DNA from: Phoronis australis
Taxonomy: Eukaryota > Animalia > Phoronida
Assembly: GCA_002633005.1 (NCBI GenBank)
Contig: NMRA01000412.1
Coordinates: forward strand, 200,614 to 264,613
Direction: 5' to 3'
DNA length: 64,000 bases
Part shown: positions 40,901 to 51,400 of the stretch, piece after piece
Layout of the letters: each line of letters opens with the position of its first letter
Position numbering within the stretch: the stretch's first letter is position 1
Made by a program: the position numbers and the translations under genes
The notes under the pieces: model-generated
The model's database searches: none
What the model saw: only the letters and a program-made list of their open reading frames with translations
Told to the model about the DNA's origin: nothing

Positions 40901-42531
40901 AAGTAAGGAACCATCAAAATTCGGCAAATGCACAATTCATAGCTCTGAACGTACCCCGCGAAGTATAGTAAAAAGTCCTCATTCTCAAAATTTGAGCCTC
41001 CCAATTTTTTAGGCTGGGCGCGCCCATGGACTCGTTCCGAAAACGTAGTTCAGAAACTCGCAAGTAAAGCTAGCATGAAAATGCTCTTCGTTTCTAATAT
41101 TGCAAAACAACTCGCGAGGAGTTGCTTGTTCTCGTGCATTGCAAGCAAAACTCGTGACCGCAATTGCTTTACTCACGATTCTTGCCTACATGGAACCATA
41201 CATGTAGATTATAGACAACAGGGCCTAGTTGCCTAAAAGTTATACCCCGTGTAGCAACAATGACGTCGCACTATCACGCGCCACGGTGTTATTGTTGAAC
41301 AATGCACCTGACGTCATGCAACAATCAAACTTATCCAACGGATAACATTTGAAGCTTTATGCAACTCAGGCCTGATTCGCAACTCCGACATTTTCTTGCG
41401 TAATATCCTAGAGGAGGCGCCACACATAGCAAACTCAGCTTCCGGTTACTGTATAATTACGGCTTATGGTTAAGATCACAGATTTCGTCCATTGAAAATG
41501 ATTATACGAAGTTGGCCGTCCATGTGCAGTAGTCTATGATGGAACGCCGTTCCATCCAGAATCAATTATGCTATTTTCTTCTCGTACGGAATTTGCACAT
41601 GCAGGATTATTACAGAATCCGTCGACCGGATACTCTTTATCCTGCGAAAACAAGTCTCCTTTGTGCTGCATTTCACCCTGTTTCAGGCTAAGAACGAACA
41701 TCGAATATGTCTTTCACTCTCTGGTTGGTCTCATAATGTTCCTTACCGTCAGGACTCCCCACGTTTCCAACTAGAACAACGAATCTATCAGGGACACAAA
41801 GAAAACGGTTCAAAAATTATTGGGGTTGGCTTACATGCACCCTAAACTTACGAATTTTAATACGCCATGATTGCCCATGTACTCATTGCATGTACCCCAT
41901 TCTTGAGTTGGTAAAGAAAATAGGCTAGAGTCCTACAGTAAAGGGACAGTATGAAACTGATTTAATGAGAGTAAAATATGTAATTCAATTTTCATTTCAG
42001 CCAACTAAATATGAAATGCAACTTTAAGTTCAAACTTTGCCCTGTCTATGATTTCACGTGAAACTCGAGTTCACTGTGTACCAAGGAAGCATTCATTCAC
42101 AGTTCATCGTTATTCTATATCGGGACATGCGCGGAACCCGAGTATTATCGGCAGAAGCCCTTGTCATGACAGACACATTTCCCATTGCAGCCAATGCGGA
42201 AGGATCATGCTGAGGGCAGCGAAAATGTAGTTTTCTTCACCAAAAAATCATAACTCATACAAAATCCAACTACGAAGTGAAAATGCCCCTTGAAAATTAG
42301 TAGCATACACCATGTACATATAACTACCGAAAGGACTAAGCACAGCTTAATTAGTAGGCTTTAATTTACCGTTAATTTACCCAATTTTTACTCCTCCAGG
42401 ATTTTGACGAAGACGACTTAGAATCCTGTAAGCGGGCAATTCTAAAGGGATGCGATCGCAATTGTGATGGGAAAATAGACAAGGACGAGCTAACGATGAT
42501 ATTATTACAGTACAGCACGATGACGCAATAG
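22909..42531 (+). CDS. Cbp53E: Calbindin-32 (Cbp53E/calbindin-calretinin family) hexa-EF-hand Ca2+-binding protein, 11 coding exons, 302 aa
   Basis: join(22909..23047,23483..23568,26470..26559,29841..29924,32212..32268,34456..34539,38147..38202,38705..38756,39575..39631,40058..40129,42400..42531) = 909 nt; all introns GT-AG with consistent phases. Family motifs [92 protein letters not shown]. Confidence 0.96.
30584..30700 (+). mobile_element. tRNA-derived SINE head in calbindin intron 4
   Basis: A box TGGCCTAGTG, B box GGTTCGAGTCC (30638-30648), no proper cloverleaf, followed by CCCTTGAG core-like sequence. Confidence 0.65.
36171..37964. mobile_element. Kolobok-like non-autonomous element (TTAA TSD); right end duplicated across the N at 37674
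   Basis: TTAA|AAGAGAATGCCACCC ... GGGTGGCATTCTCCT|TTAA (14/15 TIR match); right end seen at 37656 and again at 37964. Confidence 0.65.
40256..40411. mobile_element. MITE family B (CATGGGCGGCGCA...TGCGCCGCCCATG)
   Basis: Perfect 13-bp TIRs; flanks CACTT/CATTT (4/5); related partial copy at ~53609-53725. Confidence 0.8.
41221..41372. mobile_element. PIF/Harbinger-like MITE (GGGCC..GTTGCATAAA-type TIRs)
   Basis: TIRs GGCCTAGTTGCCTAAAAG / CTTTATGCAACTCAGGCC; inverted second copy at 54104-54252. Confidence 0.75.
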
Positions 42532-42890
42532 TTTGTTTACGTACCTCAAGGCTGTTACACGTACCAATATTGCAGGAGAGTCGTCAACCGCTAAGTACAT
42601 TGCCGGTTCAAGCAGGAATTACATCCGCCAGCACAATGTTAGAATTGCCGCAGGGGTTTGAGGTTCAAATCCGAGCTGAGGCCAATTTCAGAGTAGCACC
42701 TTTCTCGCCGATGTCACATTAAGCATTGCGTGAAGTGAAGTTTTAACTGTATTTTTGTGGGAAAGTTTATATCCCTGAAGTGGGAAAATGACGTCAAAAC
42801 CACGTTTGCAACGTCATAGTTATCGGAAACAATTCGCACTTATACATGAAGAAAGACACTTTTGCCCCGGAACATCACCTTCGCGAGCAG

Positions 42891-43301
42891 CTGCTGTGCT
42901 TGAACTTGGAAGTCTGCTTAATCTCAATATTACGCGAACGTATGAGTGAGCTTGGAATTACCCAGGAAACTTGACAAGTTCTTTCAAATAATCACTTTCC
43001 CGTTGCAAAAATGCAGTGCACTCAAGTGAATCACATCTTAATAAGTACAACCTTGGCATGTACATGTATGTAAAGTTATTTTCAACTATTGGCGATGTTA
43101 TTCACCAAATAATAATTGTTTAGCCATTCACACATTCATCCGATTCTGAGACAAAAAAATCGAGGAGAAAATGGGAAATCGTGGGGCCAATAATACGATT
43201 TTTAAAAAAAATTCACCTTATTACTTTAATGAATATTTAATTCCAAGTTCACGCATACGCGATCTTGAGATTAAACGGAATAACAAGTTCACGCACAGCA
43301 G
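42891..43301. mobile_element. MITE family C, copy downstream of the calbindin stop codon
   Basis: CTGCTGTGCTTGAACTTG ... CAAGTTCACGCACAGCAG TIRs; homologous to 22187-22620. Confidence 0.8.
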
Positions 43302-44141
43302 AACAACTAGGTTAGAGTTGATAGCAACGTTGTATAAACATGATGGAAATGTATGGAGACCAACTGTGTTCAACTGAAACGGATGCTTGCCCTGGCCGCG
43401 TTACCTACAGTTCTGCAACCAGTACCTTACCTGCTTGGTAAAAACGCGAATTCAACTGTTGAAAAAACATTCTTTGCAGTCACTTTCTCACACCAGTTAC
43501 CGATTACTTGGCTCAATCGTTAATGACACTTTCTGATTTAGCTGACTTTGTAAAGTTTGAAACTTTGGAGACTTTTGAGGTGACGAGGATTACAGACAAA
43601 AATTTTTTGAAAAAAATGTTATACTAGCGATCTACATGTAGTCTCAACTGCTAAAACAGGATTTAGCACCGGTTTAAGGGAGTTAAAAAGATGTATTTGC
43701 ATGCTCCTAATTATGCTAATGTATAGCAGGAACTAAACGACGATGCTAATTTAACATAATCTTCACCAAACAAAGTGCTTTTTTATTCACGAACAACTGG
43801 TAAATGTGAAAACAACAAAAAGTCTGCAAATAGGTGACCTTTGCACTGATGACGTACCTCAGGGGCTCACACAGCGTTATTCAGTGTTATTCCCCAGCAC
43901 TACGTCACGATACTTACTGGATACGAATCAGTGATTTGTGGGGACCATTTTACCCACAGAACTCGTTCTTAAAACATTTTGCAATTTTGCAATTTTCAAC
44001 CTATGTCATATTCACATCGTCGTTATATGTTGTGTTCCTAACTAATTTGACCAAGCGATCACAGAGAAAAGTAATTAGCCTGCAAGTTCCACTTTAAACA
44101 TTTTTTTGAGTTCTTCTAACTGTACTTGTGTCACGAGACAA

Positions 44142-44806
44142 CACCTACGTTAATATTTGGGGCTTGTCAACCCAACGCCTAAACGAGCTTAAGCCAGACT
44201 ATGACTAACCCATCCTAACGCTGCTGGAGAAAACCTATCCCCTGATTTCTCTTATAATGCACACCGCATTTCCGAACCATTAGACCCATGGATCTTTTGC
44301 GGAACTGCGTTAGTTGAAACTTAGGTGCATGCGCCAACATTAGGCAAATCTTACGCTAACAGGATTTGTACGCAAGTGGACGAGAAAGCATGCATTGTTT
44401 ATCCCCAGAGTATCCAACGACTTCCTCGGCACATCAAAGGCTTGGTGGCGCCGTCACGGATTGAAGTGAGCTTGTCGATATTCATGCACATGGCTGAACG
44501 CGCTGGGTGAAATAGGCCTAATTGCGGTCGTAAACAAACACTCCTGTTCAGCGTTCGAGTAAAAAAAAGCGAACAATAAAGACAAACAACCTATCTGGAT
44601 GTTTTTTGAAATTGAAAAGTGACTAGAACCAGTCTTTGAATGTTTAAAATCGATGCGTCAGAAGAAAAATAGCGAATAGGTTTTCTTCAGCATCGTGGCT
44701 AAGCCATGAGCATTATTTTTGAATCGATTGGGATGGGCTAGTCAACGGTGTGGTTTAGGCTCGCTTAGGCGTTGGGGTAACAAAATCACAGATGTTAGCG
44801 TAGGGG
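44142..44806. mobile_element. MITE with ~75-bp imperfect TIRs
   Basis: CCTACGTTAA..CCCAACGCCTAAACGAGC..TGACTAACCCATCC is mirrored by GGATGGGCTAGTCA..GCTCGCTTAGGCGTTGGG..TTAGCGTAGG. Confidence 0.75.
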
Positions 44807-46092
44807 CGATCTTCGTTGGGTGAAGATGTCTGATTATACACGCAATTTTTAACAGGCTAAATGTGACCAAATTCTTCTTTGTTATTTGCATGATTTGTCA
44901 CCAGTAATTTGGCTCTGTGTCAGTAGCGACCAAAGATACTGGACTGCTTCATTGAGTATTGTGAGTAAGTTCAATTTAATGTTTTGGCAATCTTATAAAT
45001 ATCGTTTTGTTACGTAAGTGCAATATAATTTGTCTTGCTGGGTATCTACATTTATCATACACATGTACACCCTTTCATGCATAATAATTTAAATTAGGAC
45101 AGTTTTCAAATATTGCTCGCCGAACTGTGCCAGTTCAAAAACCTTTTGGAGGATTTCTAAATGTGAAGTCTGAATGTCCGTGTTTTCTATTATTTTTGTT
45201 TTTGCGCATTTATTATATGATAATTTTGGAAAAAGTAGACGACAGATTCTTAGTCTCGAGTTTGCTGAATTTTTGGACTAATGGTGACCACCAAATGCGT
45301 AAGTGCATACCGATCAATGATAAATAGTATGCACTAGTCTCCTATAGGTACAAAAATTAACTGAACTGGTTCTTCCGCTATTTTGCATGTGACTAAGACT
45401 CGGTTAGCGATTTTGTTTTGGATAAAATGTTTATGAACCCTCCGTAGAACATCTACGGCGTTGTGGGTAGATACCATAGATAACTTAATGTGATGTCTAT
45501 GGTGGAAACAAAAAATAGCGTTTTCCATAATATGAGTCCGGGATACAGACATCCATTGGCATATTTGGGATTGGGTGCTCGGGACCATATGATATAGGTT
45601 TGCCCGAATGAAAAGCGTACGAAAAAATATTTCACGTCACCAAATTCCTCCCCTCGTGTTTTCATACCCCTGATTTCTCCATATTTTTCCGTTGAGTTCT
45701 TCGCTGCCTGATTTTTTGTCTTGCCTCATTATTCATGCTTGCCTTTTTGGGAGTGGTAGTTGCCTTCTTGTCTACCAGTACAGTTTTCTTGGCTTCAGAA
45801 CATTTTAGTTAACACAATTGTGTCATTTTAGTGTGGTACCGTTATACTAGAGCGTGAGTCGGTACTGGTGTCGATTACATCGACACATCTACGTGAAAAA
45901 AAAAACAAAACAAAGCGAAACAGCACATGAACAACAATAATACACGCCATGTGAAACAGCAACTAGAATAATTACGGAAGGCTTTCATGTTCGGGGTGTC
46001 ATTTTGTCGACTTGTAGAATGAGGATGAGAGTCAAGGTAAAGAGAGTTTTGCAGCAGTTTCGTGAAGGTTTTATCATATACAAACATGAGCC

Positions 46093-46172
46093 ATTGAATG
46101 CAGAGGCAGCCTCGCAACAATTGGAAATTATGCAAACGTATTGAATGCAGAGGCAGCCTCGCAACAATTAGA
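46093..46172 (+). repeat. 47-bp-period tandem duplication
   Basis: ATTGAATGCAGAGGCAGCCTCGCAACAATT occurs twice (46093, 46140). Confidence 0.85.
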
Positions 46173-48449
46173 AATTATGCAATTGGTTCCTGCAACTGCG
46201 AGAAGCAAACACTGCAATGCAACGATTGCTTGAAATTTCTTATTGCATGTACACGGCGGTTGACGTGGAGCTATCACCGGTGCCTTGATAGCATTGCTGT
46301 TAAACTGATACTCAGTATGGCACGACTTTTTCATAAGAACGGTGTCTGATTCATGAAAATTGACTTTGAATTTCAGTACCGGTATGTTACTCGGTCGTCA
46401 ACTTTGTTGTTTGTACGCACGCTAATGGTCGGCATTTCTTATTCGATCGTCAGAAAATTTACACATAACAAATTGCTCGAAGCCTACTGTATTTGGTTCA
46501 AATCGGTCTTAAGATGGCACTGTGGTGGCCATTTTACAAATTTATGCTTGTCGAGCTATAGCTCCGCTGTCTTTAGTATGCATCTTTTTTCTTTGGAAAG
46601 CTATCTGAAGAGTGTCATCGCTTTTCATAGTACGGCTTACCATTCTCGAATTATTCGAGATTTTTGGTCAAATAAATGTCTCTTATTTCATTGGCCAATT
46701 CCTGTACTTCAGGTGGTCTGTGTCACGCGCAGTTTAGGTCGCAATTCTATTTTCGTCAGATAAACACGAAATTTAAACACATTGCTCACATTGTGGTAAG
46801 TTGGAAGTGTTACTTTAGGGCGAAATCGGACACAAGGTGAGCGGTGTTATAGCGTTTTATAATTGCTTTTGGTGCTCTAGCTTTGTGACCGTTGGAAGAA
46901 ACTGTCTGAAATTTGGTATACGGGCCTCTATGCGGCATTAACAGTTTCTCACTACGACTTCCCATTCTCCAATTATTCGGAATTTTCCGATTGCACGAGT
47001 GCCCTTTATTGACTTTAGACTCTCAATGCAACGGTTTTAACGTTGGTGACATGGGTACCTAGGATAGTGGTCGTTACTGTTCTTGGTTACGTTGTCGATC
47101 TCACTTTCATGTTTTTCAATCAATTTCGCCCTCCTGTTTCCATTTAATACGAATAGTCCGGCGGCAGAGAGTTTGTTCGTAAGAGGACTAACAGGCTCGT
47201 TTTTTATAGATTGATCTAAACTTTGCTCGAAATTGATTTCGGTGAGAATGAGGTGAAAGACGACGGACTTACAGTAGAAGACATTTGCATTCGAATGCCT
47301 AGTCTAACAGGTTCATGAATGTAGGTCAGTTAACTTCCCTAAATTTTCGTCGAAGTCAAGTGTGCGTAATTGCTCGTTGTGGTTCCCAAGGCTTTGTGGA
47401 TTATGTTAAATGCATCTCGTTAACTGCCTCGTTTCCGTCCATAAGTACGTGAAGGAAAATGCGTGACACATATGCATACAATACCCTTGCGATGACCGAC
47501 GTGCATAGCGACATTTTCATGTTTCCATGTGTGGTACAAAATAATGCCTTTTCCAGGAAAAATATTTTGATGTTCTATTGAGAATCAAAAAGACTATATA
47601 CCAGACAAATGGAACAAATAAGCAGACTTTTTTCTTTTCAGGTGGTAAATTTTCAACGGCCTCGTTAGTCAATGCACATGTACTGTATGTGACATGATAA
47701 ACAATGGCTGCACAGTCAGTTTCAAACAAGCTCTTTCGATACATACATGTAGTTCGTCCATTTCGGTGTGAACTTCACTCTGTTGGTTAAAATGAAAATC
47801 GAATTAGGTCTTTTACTGTCTTAAAATGGGTCTCAAGATATTCCTTATCATGATAGGATTCCATTTTCATCAACTACTCAACTCACACGCAACGCATACA
47901 ATCTCAATTTTGACTTCGCAATTTTTGGCTTGGCCACCCCAAAGTAAGTTTTCCATTCTTTCTTGAGTTGGTGACGGTTTTGATGTTGGCTAAGAAAACA
48001 GAATCATATCCAGTAAAGGAATATTATTAGGAGAGTAAAAGGCCGAATTCTATTTTCATTGTTTACGACGTTATAGCTAAACAGGGCCAATTACAGCTTT
48101 AAGACTTGAAACTGACCAAAGATTATACAAACTACAAAGCGAACAGAGTTAGGTACATGTAGTTTTCAAAAAAGGGGACAAAGATCATCTAAGTTATGGT
48201 GAAATTCCTGAAGGAAAACAAATGATATCATTAATCCATTGATGGACAATCTTTGCTCAGAAAATTTGCCTATTTTCAAAGGAAAATACTATTTTGAAAA
48301 CTACTGTGCCTTCAATGCGAGGAAAATATGAGAGACGATGACATGAAACACTGAATCTGAATATAGAGTAGAAGTTGAATGAAGGATACACGAACTAACT
48401 TGGCATGGAAGTTAGTTATGTTGTAAACATAGAGTATGTCGGCAGATGG

Positions 48450-51400
48450 CTAACATGTGAAATTCAACTCGGCACAAATGTCCGCGTGAGCGGTTATCAT
48501 ATAGTTTGGGAACATTTCTTGACATATGGGACATTTGATGTCTGTCCAGTCAGCGGACTCGGCTGAGTTCGAGGACGGTAATGTTGATGGCGGTGTCAAA
48601 GATGAAACTGATGATGACATAATCGATGGCGGTGTCGATGATTCGCTGTGAGTTGAGACATCATCGTCATCCTCAATTGTGATGACTTCTGCACCATCCC
48701 GCCTGTGTCTGTCACTATAACTGAGTTGACTGAAAAAATGAAATACACGTTCAATTAAACGACAACATTCATCAGAGTGAGTTCATGAAAACTTGATCAA
48801 GGAGGAACTTGAAATTGACAAAGTGACAGGGCTGAAATACATGTAATAGCCCACCTGTTGGAAAGTATGTTGTTCAGTCACACAAGAACCTTAGCTATCA
48901 CGTGAACACCTTCTTATTCTCCATGGGAGGCTTTCTTCGTTAGCACCACCATGTGAATATTAAATTTAAGATATTTGGTGCACCATATGGTTAAAAATTG
49001 ATAAATTCGATCCCTAGGCAGAAGACTAAGCTGGACCTGAAATATTGGACTTATCTCCCATGACTCAGAACGTGTTCCACATTCATTGACATTTGAAAGT
49101 GTCTAACTTTGGAATGTCATACGTCAGAAATGGTCAATACAAAACTTTCAGATACGATGTTTTGTGCATTGTTTTCCAATACACCGCTAGGAATTGTTTT
49201 TAAATTGTTCCACCTTCGCATAAGGGGCTATTAAAATGAGGACTTTCACGATTTTTATGTAAAAGCGCTTAACTTGGATAATATTACATAAAAATGAAAT
49301 GTTTTAAAAAATTATAACATTATTTTTGAGATATAATTTAGAACATTTAAATCGACTGAAATTTGATCACAATATAGACACGATTGTTTTGTTATCATTG
49401 CACTTTTTTAAAACTTTTTTTGTAAAAGTACATTGTCATGTTATTAAATTAATGGAAGATTGGTAAAACATCAAAAATAAAATTATTCAGGTTTTTTACT
49501 TTCAGAAAATATTATATTGATTTTTCGCTCATTTAAAATCTATAGTTTTGTAGTCTAAGATATTTGTTAAATACACTGACTCCCAGATTCCATTTGGCAG
49601 TTCGGGGGTGTGAATGTCTGGTGGACAAAACTCTGGCCAACACTCTGCCCTGCCCCCCAACTCAAAATTCTGGATCTGCCCTGGTCAATAAGGACAATTT
49701 CAAAACATTAAGATTGGTACTACTGTGATCCACTAATATCCATTTTTTGACCTAGTGGCATTATGATGAAATAAGCCTTATCAACAGGTGGCGATAAGGT
49801 AGTTGATAGACAGTGTTCTGTATTTTTGTATGGATTTAATGCAGTGGGATATTTTCCACCGTTTTTTATAATCTATTTACAAAATGTAATGACCAACATG
49901 CACTCAAATTGCCACTGGTGTGTATTGGTCTGGAATGTTAGTGAATTAAAGAAATAGCATTTCGCCCGTCATGCACACCAGAATTAGAAACTGGGTCAAG
50001 CGAAAGACACTTTTGAACTCTTACATTGCTAATGTATTGTATGTTGAAGGTTTCCTAGGTTGGCCTTACATAAACTTGGTGACACATGATGAATCCTAAC
50101 AAATCTAAACAAACCTCTCCATTCTAGCAAGCCAGCCATTCCGTTTATATCGAATTTCACTTTGGATGGAGCGAGACACCAATTTCTGTTTTTTCTCCGA
50201 AGACGCCTGGACCTAAAACATCCATTTTCACAGTTCAGTTACAGATAAACATTAAGAAATACTATGTCAACACCAGTTTAATCTAGATTGAATATGTTAG
50301 CTTTCAACAACTAATTCATCAAGAAAGACATATTGATGTCCAGTACAGTGTCAATTAGGACAAGGCAAAAATACCAAACTTCAATCTAGACCAATCCCAT
50401 GTACATGTAAGTTAGTGGCTGTGAAACTTCCTGCTAAGAATCAAAGATATATGTCATGTACTTCGTTGTAGTGTTACATGTGTATTTAGAAATGCTAACT
50501 CAGTGACTTAAAAAACACAGGGTTGGACCCTCAAACATTACGCAAAACAGTGGCTTTCATAGAAGGCATTATACAAGTGTTTAAGTCATTGCATTAATAT
50601 ATTAGGAAAATTATTCTTGACATATTCAACAATATTCACACAAGACAAAACTAGTGAATGAGCTGAGTGGTGGTCAAAATTACATGGCCTGAGCATAAAA
50701 AAGCCCCTTAACTAAATCAACTGAAATTCCAAGCTCACACCAAGAAAGCAAAAGTTTTGTTATAACAATAATTAATTCTACCATGACCGAAGTTAAAGCA
50801 AATCTCATTTTCCACGAAATAAGCACCAGAATCTAGCTTTATCAACTTTCCTGTTTTAACACAAAATAGAGAGCTAGTAGAATTAGTAGGTTTACTTGAA
50901 TAACTAACACATTTCGGAGAGTCCTTTAAAGAGAAAATCAATTAGTTGCATCTTTTAAGAATTAACCAGCATGAGCCGGAAATCAAACCATGAAAATTGC
51001 CAATTAAGAGATTTTAATCCTCGACAAAGTAAGATGTTATGTGAGGACCTTATTGGCGAAATTGTAGTAAGATTGATTACTAGCAGTTGTTTGGTAAGCC
51101 TACCTTCTTACATGACACCAAATATTTAAACAAACCTGTGTTTCTGATAAACGTCTCTTTGGTGTTAGCTGCATCACTGGCGTCTCTGAGGAAATCTGGC
51201 TCTTTGCTTCCATAGTAGAGGTACAACTCTTTGATATCGCAGGTCGTGCTAGAATTGACCTTGAATTACCATCATTATTTGAGCGTTTTAATAAAGTAGT
51301 TTGTTCCTTAACAGTGTTAGTATGAAATTTTCCTGTTGGCACTGGTGACATGTTGTTTTGTAGTTTTGGCTGCTTTGGCACACAAACTTTTGAGGTTTCT

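Noticed and set aside
50735-50908. Full ORF 50735..50941 as an exon
   Set aside because: It ends in a stop with no recognisable motif, and exon 8 splices in frame to 50212 without it.
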